Shown here piece by piece: positions 17,667 through 27,054 of a stretch of 43,322 bases of DNA. The notes beneath the pieces were generated by a model. It was not told the DNA's origin and did not search any database. It saw only the letters and a program-made list of their open reading frames with translations. Source of the stretch: a virus (lineage: Duplodnaviria > Heunggongvirae > Uroviricota > Caudoviricetes); the IMG/VR virus record IMGVR_UViG_638341087_000022. The stretch is one strand, 5' to 3'. The translations under genes were made by a program, and so were the position numbers. Positions within the stretch are counted from its first letter, which is position 1, and each line of letters opens with the position of its first letter.

Positions 17667-17834
17667 TGCCTTCGCACCTCCATTTCGGAGGTATTTTGCT
17701 GTGAAAATGGGCGGCTGGTGGATGTTGGAGCACCCACCAGCCATCAGCTCATGCTTTCAGGTCACAAGCTAACCAAGGCCCATTGCTTTAGCGCAAAAGC
17801 AAAGAGAGCCTATCAGAGTTACGCTTATTGATCT

Positions 17835-18887
17835 ATGAAAAATACTGTAAATATAAACAGTGTTGAGTTAGTCAACGCTGATAGCCTGCAATACATCGCC
17901 ACTCTCCCTGATAACTCCATTGACCTGATAGTCACGGATCCGCCGTACTTCAAAGTGAAACCCAACGGCTGGGACAATCAGTGGAAAGGGGATGAGGATT
18001 ATCTTCGCTGGCTTGATATGTGCCTCGCACAATTCTGGCGAGTGCTTAAACCTGCTGGCAGTCTTTATCTTTTCTCCGGTCACCGCCTGGCGGCAGACAT
18101 TGAGATCATGATGCGTGAGCGGTTCAACGTCCTGAACCACATCATCTGGGCTAAACCGTCGGGCCGCTGGAATGGCTGTAATAAAGAGAGTCTGCGCTCT
18201 TACTTCCCTGCAACAGAGCGCATCCTCTTCGCTGAGCATTACCAGGGGCCGTATAAACCAAAGAGCGACGGTTACGCGGAGAAGGGAAGCGAGCTGAAGC
18301 AGCATGTAATGACTCCCCTAATTTCTTATTTCCGGGATGCACGTGAAGCGCTTGGCATAACCTCAAAACAAATAGCCGATGCGACTGGAAAGAAGAACAT
18401 GGTGTCTCACTGGTTCAGCGGTAGCCAGTGGCAATTACCGAATGAATCAGACTACCGGAATCTTCAGTCCCTTTTCACGCAGGTAGCCATCGAAAAGCAC
18501 CAGAACGGCGAACTGGCAACACCACACCACCAGCTGGTGGCTATGTGGCATTCTTTAAATCGCAAGTATTCAGAGCTGCTCGAAGAGTACAAATCGCTTC
18601 GGCGGCATTTCTCTGTTTCCGTATCCGTTCCTTATACCGACGTCTGGACACATAAAACCGTTCAGTTTTACCCAGGTAAACACCCATGCGAAAAACCCGC
18701 TGACATGTTGCGGCAGATCATCAACGCCAGCAGTAAGCCTGGTGATGTGGTGGCTGATTTCTTTATGGGGTCCGGTTCGACCGTGAAAATCGCGCTGGAA
18801 CTTGGCCGCCAGGCTATCGGCGTTGAACTCGAGGAGGACAGGTTTAGCCAGACGGTGGAGGAAATAAGGGCGTTAACAGGGGAATAA
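17835..18887 (+). CDS. DNA methyltransferase, N6-adenine/N4-cytosine type (350 aa)
   Basis: DPPY catalytic motif near the N-terminus (IVTDPPYF) and AdoMet-binding motif near the C-terminus (DFFMGSGST); no adjacent restriction gene. Confidence 0.8.
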   Translation: MKNTVNINSVELVNADSLQYIATLPDNSIDLIVTDPPYFKVKPNGWDNQWKGDEDYLRWLDMCLAQFWRVLKPAGSLYLFSGHRLAADIEIMMRERFNVLNHIIWAKPSGRWNGCNKESLRSYFPATERILFAEHYQGPYKPKSDGYAEKGSELKQHVMTPLISYFRDAREALGITSKQIADATGKKNMVSHWFSGSQWQLPNESDYRNLQSLFTQVAIEKHQNGELATPHHQLVAMWHSLNRKYSELLEEYKSLRRHFSVSVSVPYTDVWTHKTVQFYPGKHPCEKPADMLRQIINASSKPGDVVADFFMGSGSTVKIALELGRQAIGVELEEDRFSQTVEEIRALTGE

Positions 18888-18893
18888 ACGTGA

Positions 18894-18917
18894 GGTCGCT
18901 CAAGCGGCCTTTTTTAT
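18894..18917 (+). terminator. Intrinsic terminator after the methyltransferase gene
   Basis: GGTCGC-TCAA-GCGGCC followed by TTTTTT. Confidence 0.6.
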
Positions 18918-18955
18918 TACCTCAATAACACCCGCACACAGCGAGGTGAGAGACC

Positions 18956-19258
18956 ATGAAAATGAATGATTCAGGGAACATTTTCACGCAGTTCTTCGCG
19001 TGGGTAGCAGCTCTGGCGTCAGCCATTGGTTTTACCACTCAGGATATGGTGTTCATGTTCTTTGGCGCCGCTGGTCTGCTTATCTCGTTTGCCTCCTATG
19101 TCAATGGTCGCGTGGATGCCCACCGCAGGCGTAGAGAGGACGAGAAGCGAACAAAAATGGTTAATGACTACCTGAAAGGCGTTGGTGATAAACCCCTTCA
19201 CGAACGTCCTGCGGCTGCAAGCGTGGTCGTTGAGGCATTACAAAAGGAAGGTGAGTGA
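18956..19258 (+). CDS. Holin (100 aa)
   Basis: Met-Lys-Met dual-start motif, two hydrophobic helices, charged C-terminus; immediately upstream of the endolysin with an overlapping stop/start. Confidence 0.65.
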   Translation: MKMNDSGNIFTQFFAWVAALASAIGFTTQDMVFMFFGAAGLLISFASYVNGRVDAHRRRREDEKRTKMVNDYLKGVGDKPLHERPAAASVVVEALQKEGE

Positions 19259-19791
19259 TGGGATCCAGAGCAAAATTAAGTGCTGCTGTTCTGGGGTTGG
19301 TACTTGCTGGTGCGCCAGCATCCGTCATTCTCGATCAGTTTCTGAATGAGAAAGAGGGAAACAGCCTTACAGCGTACAAAGATGGCAGCGGTATCTGGAC
19401 GATTTGCCGGGGAGCTACCACGGTTGACGGCAAGCCTGTTACCCCAGGTATGAGGCTATCGCCAGAGAAATGTAATCAGGTGAACGCCAGCGAGCTGAAC
19501 AAGGCGCTGGCTTGGGTCGACCGCAATATCCAGGTACCACTGACCGAACCGCAGAAAGCGGGGATTGCCTCATTCTGCCCGTACAACATTGGTCCTGGTA
19601 AATGCTTCCCTTCTACCTTTTATAAACGCATCAACGCCGGTGATCGTAAAGGGGCATGTGAAGCAATCCGCTGGTGGATCAAAGACGGTGGCCGCGATTG
19701 CCGACTAACCAAAGGCCAGAAGAATGGCTGCTATGGTCAGGTTGAGAGACGGGACCAGGAAAGCGCGCTGGCGTGTTGGGGGTTAGATTAG
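19258..19791 (+). CDS. SAR endolysin, T4-lysozyme-like muramidase (177 aa)
   Basis: Gly/Ala-rich N-terminal signal-anchor-release segment [20 protein letters not shown]...D...T catalytic triad context [20 protein letters not shown]. Confidence 0.8.
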   Translation: MGSRAKLSAAVLGLVLAGAPASVILDQFLNEKEGNSLTAYKDGSGIWTICRGATTVDGKPVTPGMRLSPEKCNQVNASELNKALAWVDRNIQVPLTEPQKAGIASFCPYNIGPGKCFPSTFYKRINAGDRKGACEAIRWWIKDGGRDCRLTKGQKNGCYGQVERRDQESALACWGLD

Positions 19792-20252
19792 TGAGCCGAT
19801 TAACAGCAATTATCTGTGCTGTCGTTATCTGCCTGATGGTTTCCATGGCTTGGGCTATTAACCACTACCGCGGCAACGCCATCACCTACAAAGACCAGCG
19901 CGATAAAGCCATTAAGAATCTTAACCAGGCGAACGCCACCATCAAAGACATGCAGATCCGCCAGCGTGATGCAGCGGTGCTGGATGCCAAATACACGAAG
20001 GACTTAGCTGATGCTAAAAAGCAGCTTGATGATTTGCAGCGTTGTGTTCGCACTGGCAAGTGTGGGCTGCACGTCAACGCCAGATGTCCCGCGAACGGAG
20101 CGACCAGCACCGGCGGCCTGGGCGATGTTACCGGCCCCCGACTTACTGACTCCGCTGAACGGGATTATTTCACCCTCAGAGAGCGAATCGTCACAGTGAC
20201 GAAACAGGTTGGATATTTGCAGGAATACATCAAAGAGCAGTGCTTAAATTGA
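19791..20252 (+). CDS. Rz-like i-spanin
   Basis: N-terminal TM helix then coiled-coil-like periplasmic domain; contains the embedded Rz1 ORF; start uncertain (GTG at 19773 or 19791). Confidence 0.6.
   Translation: MSRLTAIICAVVICLMVSMAWAINHYRGNAITYKDQRDKAIKNLNQANATIKDMQIRQRDAAVLDAKYTKDLADAKKQLDDLQRCVRTGKCGLHVNARCPANGATSTGGLGDVTGPRLTDSAERDYFTLRERIVTVTKQVGYLQEYIKEQCLN
20011..20199 (+). CDS. Rz1-like o-spanin lipoprotein embedded in Rz (62 aa)
   Basis: +1-frame ORF wholly inside Rz; signal peptide with lipobox-like LASVGC; proline-rich mature part. Confidence 0.65.
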   Translation: MLKSSLMICSVVFALASVGCTSTPDVPRTERPAPAAWAMLPAPDLLTPLNGIISPSESESSQ

Positions 20253-20284
20253 TGTTAAATTAACCTTTTACATACGGAGGGGTT

Positions 20285-20689
20285 ATGCAAATAGATCAAG
20301 AATACCTTAAAGGTTTGCTCGAGGCTTTCGAGGCATCGGATTCACCTGATACCGATATTATTCGATTAAATGATTTAGGGTTCAATTGTGAAACTGACAC
20401 ATTTGTGTTTCATATGCGTTTGCTTGAGGATAGAGGGCTGATTATCAGGAGTGATGGAGAGCCCGGCTTTGGTGCTATTCAGTCTTTAGACGGAATGACT
20501 CACTGGGCTGTAATGCCCTTGCGATTGACCGCGATGGGGCATGACTTCTTGGATGCTCTCCGTAACAAAGAGGTTTGGGCAACATTAAAAACCGGATTCA
20601 AAGATGCCAGTATGGGCACGCTGATGACAGTTTCGAAGGAGCTGTTTAACCGAGCTCTAGCTAAGCAACTTGATAAAATGTTCGACTAA
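20285..20689 (+). CDS. Hypothetical moron protein (134 aa)
   Basis: ATG with GGAGGGG RBS; followed directly by a strong terminator; between the lysis cassette and cos. Confidence 0.5.
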   Translation: MQIDQEYLKGLLEAFEASDSPDTDIIRLNDLGFNCETDTFVFHMRLLEDRGLIIRSDGEPGFGAIQSLDGMTHWAVMPLRLTAMGHDFLDALRNKEVWATLKTGFKDASMGTLMTVSKELFNRALAKQLDKMFD

Positions 20690-20710
20690 CCGCCTACGGG
20701 CGGTTTTTTA
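20689..20710 (+). terminator. Intrinsic terminator
   Basis: ACCGCC-TACG-GGCGGT followed by TTTTTT. Confidence 0.65.
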
Positions 20711-20765
20711 TTGTCAACTTTATGAGCAAACTGATCTTAATTACTGTAACTAGGTGGTCAATGAT

Positions 20766-21407
20766 ATGGCAACGCTTAAGGACCTTTCCAGTCAGTTAAG
20801 ACAGCTGCAGAAGCAAATACCGTTTGCGACTGCCCAGGCTATGACTAAAGTGGTTCGCCAGATAGAAGCGGCCCAAAAAACAGCATTTGAGCGGAATCTG
20901 GATAATCCAACACCTTTTACAGTTAAATCGGTTGGGTCAGTTGGTGCCAGGAAAAACAGCCTTCGTGCGAAGGTGTTTGTTCGTGATACTGCTGCTGGTT
21001 ACCTTGAACCCTTCGAGTTCGGCGGAGAGCACAAGCTTAATGGTAGTGCTTTGCTTAACCCGAAAGACATAAAGCTTAATAAATACGGCAACCTGCCGCG
21101 TAATAAGCTCTCTCAGCTCAAAGCAAAGCCAAACGTATTTATTGGTGACGTGGGTGGCGTGAATGCCGTGTGGCAGAGAAAAAAGCCGAAAACCAAAAAA
21201 GGGAAGAAACGGGCAAAACGTTCTCCGAACGGCACGCGCAGAGACAAGATTAAGCAACCTGCACCAAAATTGCTCATTCGGTTTGGAGACGCGCTTCCAG
21301 TCAAACCAACGCTCGGCTATATGGACAGGGCAAACACCATGGCCAACGCATTGTTACCCTCAGCGCTGCACCAGGCGATTGCTGAGGCGATCAGCTCGGC
21401 CAGATAG
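20766..21407 (+). CDS. Hypothetical protein with a Lys/Arg-rich patch (213 aa)
   Basis: ATG at 20766 with AGGTGG RBS; basic segment KKPKTKKGKKRAKR; last gene before the cos repeats. Confidence 0.5.
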   Translation: MATLKDLSSQLRQLQKQIPFATAQAMTKVVRQIEAAQKTAFERNLDNPTPFTVKSVGSVGARKNSLRAKVFVRDTAAGYLEPFEFGGEHKLNGSALLNPKDIKLNKYGNLPRNKLSQLKAKPNVFIGDVGGVNAVWQRKKPKTKKGKKRAKRSPNGTRRDKIKQPAPKLLIRFGDALPVKPTLGYMDRANTMANALLPSALHQAIAEAISSAR

Positions 21408-21498
21408 CCCCCCCAGGGGTTTTGGGTCCTTCCTGAGCCTTTTGTAAGGCACGGGCATTGCGCGCCGCGGTGTTTTCCTAGCTACAACTTTCAGATTT

Positions 21499-21647
21499 GT
21501 GTCCCATGTCCCACCTCTGGCGATCATTACGGACACCTCGCCAGCTCTGGCTATTCCAGTTTATTCCAGTGGGACATTCTGGTGGGACATGGCAAAAATG
21601 TCCCAGGCGAATGTCCCACCCCAGAAAATGTCCCAGGTGATGTCCCA
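21499..21647. promoter_or_regulatory. cos region: cluster of ATGTCCCA repeats (candidate terminase small-subunit binding sites)
   Basis: Eight copies of ATGTCCCA / TGGGACAT in both orientations in about 150 bp, ending at the start codon of the Nu1-like gene. Confidence 0.5.
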
Positions 21648-22216
21648 TGACCACGATGAACCAGAGTCAGTACGCACAACATTCAGGTGTGGATCGCAAA
21701 ACAATTGGCCGGTGGATTAAAGCCGGGCGCTTCATTGTGATGGACGGAGACCTGATTGACGTAGAGGCCAGCGATGCGGCATTGAAGAAAAACCGCGATG
21801 GCAAAGACCCGCGCGCCTCGAACGCGAAGAAAAAGAAAACTCCCGTCGTTAGCGATAACGATGATGACGGTGATGAAATCAATAAAACTGTCCGCCAGAT
21901 AATGCTCACTGAAGGGGCAGATCTTTCGAGAGAGGAAGCGGGACGTATCCGCGAGAATTACATGGCCCTGCAGGCAAAGCTGCAGTATGAAAAAGACAGC
22001 GGCCAGCTTATTGAGCTGACAGCAGCCGAGGAGGTTTTATTCAACGCCTTTCGCCAACAGCGTGATGCCTGGCTTAACTGGCCGTCCAGGGTGGCGCCGC
22101 TAATGGCTGCTGATCTGGATGTACCGGCGGACAGGATGACAGAGGTGCTGATTGAACATGTCCACAAACACATCTCAGTCCTCGGAGAGCCAGAGTTTAA
22201 CCCGGCAGAAGATTGA
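21647..22216 (+). CDS. Terminase small subunit, Nu1-like (189 aa)
   Basis: N-terminal HTH YAQHSGVDRKTIGRWIKAG; immediately upstream of and overlapping the large terminase gene. Confidence 0.65.
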   Translation: MTTMNQSQYAQHSGVDRKTIGRWIKAGRFIVMDGDLIDVEASDAALKKNRDGKDPRASNAKKKKTPVVSDNDDDGDEINKTVRQIMLTEGADLSREEAGRIRENYMALQAKLQYEKDSGQLIELTAAEEVLFNAFRQQRDAWLNWPSRVAPLMAADLDVPADRMTEVLIEHVHKHISVLGEPEFNPAED

Positions 22217-24281
22217 GCGTCTTGAATTAAGCGTCCGCAAAGGCTGGACACCCCCGCCGCGTATCAGTGTGCCGCAGTGGGCAGATGACTATCGTAAGCT
22301 GGCAAAAGAGGCTGGGAGCACTTCGGGAAACTGGGAAACATCGACGGTAGAAATTGCCCGCGGACCGATGCTTGCCGCGACGGAGTCCGGGGTTCATATC
22401 ATCACTGTAATGTGCTGTACCCAGTTGATGAAGACAGCACTGCTGGAAAACCTTTTTGGCTATTTTGCCCACCTCGATCCTTGTCCGATACTGCTGCTGC
22501 AGCCGAAAGAAGAAGCCGCTGAACAGTTTTCGAAAGAGCGTATTAGCCCGCTGGTAAGGGTGACGCCGGTACTGCGTAAAATCATCGGTGATTCGAAACA
22601 GAAAAGCTCGAAAGAAACCATTCTTTACAAGGCATTCACTGGCGGATTTCTGGCGCTGGCGGGTGCTGGTAGCCCTGATAACCTTGCGCGTCGTCCGATT
22701 CGTGTCCTGCTGGCGGATGAAGTGGACAAGTACCCGATAACCCGCGAAGGCGATCCAATTGCGCTGGCCGAAGAGCGTACAGCGACATTTGGCCTGACCT
22801 GGCTGTCTGTACGCGCCTGTTCGCCGACGGTGGAGGATGAGAGCCGCATTGCTGACAGCTACGCCGACTCCGATCAGCGCCGGGCATCTGTGGTTTGCCC
22901 GCACTGTGGCCACCGCCAGTTCCCCGACTTTTTCAAACACGTTCAGTGGCCGAAAGAGGGAGATAAACACCTGACTAAATCGGCGATGCTCTATTGCGAA
23001 TGCTGTGGTAGTGGCTGGTCCGAAGGACAGCGCCTCAGAGCTCTGCACACTATTCGATGGCATCAGACGCGCCCATTTGAGTGCTGCGGGGAGCGGCACT
23101 CACCGCTGATGGATTATGACCTTGCCTGGCGGGCGGCAGACGAGGGCAGCGTTGAAAAGGTCTGGCAATGGTCAGAGTCGGAACGGCATGCGGTCTATCG
23201 CGCAATCTGCCCCTCCTGTGGAAAGGAGGCAGTCGATAACCACCACGCGGGGTACCAGGCATCCAAGCTTTTCAGCCCCTGGCAAAAAGATAAGCCGTCG
23301 GATATTGCGAAAAAATATATCGATGCGAAGGGCGATCCGGATAAGGAACAGGCGTGGTGGAATACCCAGATGGGGCTTCCGCACCGACCTAATCATGGGA
23401 AACAGCTCCCTGTTGATGTTCTGCTGGCGCGCCGGGAAATATTTCCGGCCGTCGTTCCGGACGGGGTGGCATTGTTAACAGCTGGAGTTGATACCCAGGA
23501 CGATCGCTTCGAAATTACGATCACCGGCTGGGGGAGAGATGAAGAATCGTGGTCGGTCGCGCATGACGTTATTTATGGTGACCTTGAGACGGAAGAACCC
23601 TGGAAGCGACTGGATGCATACCTGAAACAGATCTGGCGACGTGGTGACGGGCGCGGCCTGAATATCATGGCAACGTGCATGGACTCCGGCGGCCACCATA
23701 CGCAGAAGGTATACGAATTCGCCAAAGAGCGTCTTGGCCGTCGTGTCTGGGCAATTAAGGGGGAGTCTGCACAGGGAGGCAAACGCAATCCTGTCTGGCC
23801 GACCAAACGACCATCATCGAAAAGCAAAGCCAGTTTCCGCCCTGTCATTCTGGGGGTTAACTCAGCGAAAGACGTGATACGCGGTCGCCTGCATCTTGAG
23901 CCACCCAAACCTGGCGCCGCCGCTGCGGGTTATATGCATTTTCCTGACGATCGCGATCTCGGGTACTTCAATCAGCTGCTGGCGGAGCGACTGGTTTACA
24001 AAGTCATTTCCGGGCAGCGGTACAGTATCTGGGAAGCAATACCAGGACGAGCTAACGAAGCGCTTGACTGCCTCGTTTACAGCTATGCCGCGCTGTGCGG
24101 TCTCAAACATATGGGGTTAAAACTCAACGTCCGGGCCGCCAACCTCGAAGCCGATCCGGATAAGTTCCTGCCAGCGCCAGTTGGACAGGAAGAAAAAATC
24201 AATTACGAGCTGCCGGGTGCGGTTATTGAAGAACCAGCGCCGGTCAAACGTAAGCGAATATCGCAACTCCTGCCGAAATAA
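22158..24281 (+). CDS. Terminase large subunit, lambda gpA family
   Basis: Zn-finger-like CPHCGHRQF region and overall colinearity with lambda A; start taken at the first ATG (22158), overlapping the Nu1-like gene. Confidence 0.8.
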   Translation: MSTNTSQSSESQSLTRQKIERLELSVRKGWTPPPRISVPQWADDYRKLAKEAGSTSGNWETSTVEIARGPMLAATESGVHIITVMCCTQLMKTALLENLFGYFAHLDPCPILLLQPKEEAAEQFSKERISPLVRVTPVLRKIIGDSKQKSSKETILYKAFTGGFLALAGAGSPDNLARRPIRVLLADEVDKYPITREGDPIALAEERTATFGLTWLSVRACSPTVEDESRIADSYADSDQRRASVVCPHCGHRQFPDFFKHVQWPKEGDKHLTKSAMLYCECCGSGWSEGQRLRALHTIRWHQTRPFECCGERHSPLMDYDLAWRAADEGSVEKVWQWSESERHAVYRAICPSCGKEAVDNHHAGYQASKLFSPWQKDKPSDIAKKYIDAKGDPDKEQAWWNTQMGLPHRPNHGKQLPVDVLLARREIFPAVVPDGVALLTAGVDTQDDRFEITITGWGRDEESWSVAHDVIYGDLETEEPWKRLDAYLKQIWRRGDGRGLNIMATCMDSGGHHTQKVYEFAKERLGRRVWAIKGESAQGGKRNPVWPTKRPSSKSKASFRPVILGVNSAKDVIRGRLHLEPPKPGAAAAGYMHFPDDRDLGYFNQLLAERLVYKVISGQRYSIWEAIPGRANEALDCLVYSYAALCGLKHMGLKLNVRAANLEADPDKFLPAPVGQEEKINYELPGAVIEEPAPVKRKRISQLLPK

Positions 24282-24289
24282 GGAAAATC

Positions 24290-24553
24290 ATGTTCAACCG
24301 GAACACCAGCCTGCTTGCCGGCGCAATGACTGACGATCAGCTCAGGGATGCGCTTGCGAAAGCTCAGCAGGCGTACATTGATTTAGCAACCGGGAGCCAC
24401 GGTGTTTCGTTTTCCTATACGCAGGGAGACGGGACGCGATCAGTGTCCTATCAGCAAAGCACCCTGGCTGATCTGCTGGCCCTGATTCAACTTCTGCAGG
24501 CGCAACTGGGGATTATCTCTCGTCCCCGGAAACCAGCGAGGTTTAGATTCTGA
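24290..24553 (+). CDS. Head-tail joining protein W-like (87 aa)
   Basis: Size and position between terminase and portal; C-terminal ...RPRKPARFRF resembles lambda W. Confidence 0.55.
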   Translation: MFNRNTSLLAGAMTDDQLRDALAKAQQAYIDLATGSHGVSFSYTQGDGTRSVSYQQSTLADLLALIQLLQAQLGIISRPRKPARFRF

Positions 24554-26190
24554 TGAATAAAGTACAGATACTGGGCTCTGATGGGCAGCCGTTGCGACAG
24601 CAGCGTCCCTCTATGCTGGTGGGGGGGAGCCGCGTACCTTATGACGCAGCTGACTCTTTCAGCGATCAACTGGCGAACTGGCAACCCGCGCTGTGGTCCC
24701 CGGACAATGAAATTAACATTTACCGGGATCGCATCGTGTCCCGCGCACGCGATCTGGTCCGTAATGACGGCTGGGCAAACGGTGCGGTCACACGTCTGCT
24801 GGATAATGCGGTTGGTGCCAACTTCCGCCCCATCATGAAACCCGATTACCGTGTTCTCAGAATGATCACCGGAAACAAGGCGTTTGATGCGTCCTGGGCG
24901 GAAGAGTACGGAAAAGCACTGGACGGGCACTGGCGGACCTGGAGTAACGATCCTGGCCGGTATTGTGATGTTGAACGAAAACTCACCGTGTCGCAGATGT
25001 TGCGCCTGGGATTTCGTCACAAGCTTATTGACGGGGATGCTCTGGCCATTCTCCAGTACAGAACTGACAGGCTTGGTCCCGGAAGAGGGCGTTACGCCAC
25101 CACGGTACAGATTGTCGATCCTGACCGCCTCAGTAATCCTCAGCAGAATTTCGATATGCCAAATGTCCGTGGTGGCGTTGAAATTGATGCGGACGGTGCG
25201 CCGGTTGCTTACCACATCAGGGAGGCCCATATCGGTGACTGGTGGAGCGGGGCTAAAACCATGACGTGGCAGCGTATCCCGCGTGAAACTGACTGGGGCC
25301 GCCCGCATGTGGTTCACGATTTTGATCATGAGCGTGGCGCGCAGCACCGCGGTAACGGCATCCTGACTCCGGTTATTCAGCGTCTGAAAATGCTGGTGAA
25401 GTATGACCAGAGTGAGCTTGAGGCAGCAATTCTTAATGCCATATTCGCCGCTTACATTGAGTCACCCTATGACCCTGCGATGGTTCAGTCTGCCCTGGGC
25501 GAGACCTATGACGAGTCGGAGTTAGGCACTTATCAGGACGGGCGTGTTGAGTTCCATAACGATCGGCGTCTGACACTTCAGAATGGTGCCCGAATGCCCA
25601 TTCTTTATCCTGGTGAGAAAATCACGACGGTTAACGCGGCGCGGCCCTATAGCAATTTTGAAGTCTTCGAATCTGCTGTTCTCCGTAATTTTTCTTCAGG
25701 AACAGGGTTGTCCCCACAGCAGGTCACCCAGGACTGGTCTGACGTTAACTACAGTTCTGCACGCTCCTCGTTGCTGGAGGCATGGAAAACACTGACTCGC
25801 CGCCGGGACGATTTTTCTACCGGCTTCGCTCAGCCCATTCTCACCGCCTTTGTTGAAGAAGTTCACGACAATGAGGATTTACCCCTGCCCGCAGGCGCAC
25901 CTGATTTTGTTGACGCCAGAGCCGCGTATTCTCGCGCGCGCTGGATGGGGCCAGGGCGCGGCTGGGTGGATCCGGTTGCAGAGAAAAAAGGCGCCATTCT
26001 TGGTCTGGATGCCGGACTTTCCACCCTCGAGATTGAGGTGGGTGAAAACGTCGGTGAAGACTGGGAAGAAGTGCTTGATCAGCGCCAGAGAGAAATTGAG
26101 TCATGTCTTAAACGCGGATTACCGCTTCCGAGCTGGGCACAGGCTGACCAGTTTGCGAGCCAGACCATTACCGATCCGGAGGAAAAGTGA
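24553..26190 (+). CDS. Portal protein, lambda gpB family (545 aa)
   Basis: Position after W; DLVRNDGWANGAV motif resembles lambda B. Confidence 0.8.
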   Translation: MNKVQILGSDGQPLRQQRPSMLVGGSRVPYDAADSFSDQLANWQPALWSPDNEINIYRDRIVSRARDLVRNDGWANGAVTRLLDNAVGANFRPIMKPDYRVLRMITGNKAFDASWAEEYGKALDGHWRTWSNDPGRYCDVERKLTVSQMLRLGFRHKLIDGDALAILQYRTDRLGPGRGRYATTVQIVDPDRLSNPQQNFDMPNVRGGVEIDADGAPVAYHIREAHIGDWWSGAKTMTWQRIPRETDWGRPHVVHDFDHERGAQHRGNGILTPVIQRLKMLVKYDQSELEAAILNAIFAAYIESPYDPAMVQSALGETYDESELGTYQDGRVEFHNDRRLTLQNGARMPILYPGEKITTVNAARPYSNFEVFESAVLRNFSSGTGLSPQQVTQDWSDVNYSSARSSLLEAWKTLTRRRDDFSTGFAQPILTAFVEEVHDNEDLPLPAGAPDFVDARAAYSRARWMGPGRGWVDPVAEKKGAILGLDAGLSTLEIEVGENVGEDWEEVLDQRQREIESCLKRGLPLPSWAQADQFASQTITDPEEK

Positions 26191-27053
26191 ATCTACCCCA
26201 TCTGGCCCAGCGATTATTTAACACCCCGTTGGCGCTGCACCCGAGTAAAGCCGAAGTCATCATGGCATCCGTAATGGACCGATTTGGTATCAGTAAAATC
26301 GAATCTTCTCTTGCCATGGAGGATGACTGGTACGGATATGACGATAACCGGGGACGTGAATCCCGTAGTGATCCGGGTTATGACAATGTGCTGGGTGTCG
26401 CCGTCATCCCGATATGCGGAACGCTGGTGCAAAAACTGGGCAGTCTGCGTCCGTACAGTGGAATGACAGGGTATGACGGCATTCGTCAGGCGTTTCTTAC
26501 TGCGATGGAAGATCCCGACATTTCGGGCATTTGCCTGGATATCGACTCACCCGGCGGCGAGGTCGCTGGATGCTTCGATCTGGTTGATGTCATTTACGGC
26601 TCCCGGGGGAAAAAGCCTATCCATGCCATTCTGACGGAAAGCGCTTATTCCGCTGCGTATGCCATTGCCAGTGCAGCGGACCGGATTTCTGTTCCGCGCA
26701 CCGGCGGAGTGGGTTCTGTGGGTGTGATCACCATGCACCTTGACTGGACGCAGCGGATTAAAGATGACGGTCTTAAAGTTACGATCATCACCTATGGATC
26801 CCGCAAGGCTGAAGGTTCGCCGCTGAGAGAGTTGTCAGATGAAGCGCTGGCCGCCATCCAGCAGGACATTAACACCATGGGCGAATTGTTTGTGAACACT
26901 GTTGCCAGAAACCGGGGGATTAGCGCAAAGGTTATAAAAAGTACCCAGGCCGCCTGTTTTATGGCTGCTGATGGCGTTGAAATTGGACTGGCTGATGAGG
27001 TGTGTCCTCCTGACGCTGCGTTCAAAAACTTACTTGAAAAAACAGGAGCCTGA
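26187..27053 (+). CDS. Prohead protease, S49/ClpP-like (gpC-like, 288 aa)
   Basis: N-terminus NLPHLAQ...FNTPLALHP parallels lambda C; DIDSPGG motif; GTG start overlapping the portal stop. Confidence 0.8.
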   Translation: MNLPHLAQRLFNTPLALHPSKAEVIMASVMDRFGISKIESSLAMEDDWYGYDDNRGRESRSDPGYDNVLGVAVIPICGTLVQKLGSLRPYSGMTGYDGIRQAFLTAMEDPDISGICLDIDSPGGEVAGCFDLVDVIYGSRGKKPIHAILTESAYSAAYAIASAADRISVPRTGGVGSVGVITMHLDWTQRIKDDGLKVTIITYGSRKAEGSPLRELSDEALAAIQQDINTMGELFVNTVARNRGISAKVIKSTQAACFMAADGVEIGLADEVCPPDAAFKNLLEKTGA

Positions 27054-27054
27054 A

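Noticed and set aside
22227-23099. 290-aa ORF on the minus strand opposite the large terminase gene
   Set aside because: Antisense to a strongly supported terminase coding region; Arg/Ala-rich composition typical of a GC-rich reverse frame.
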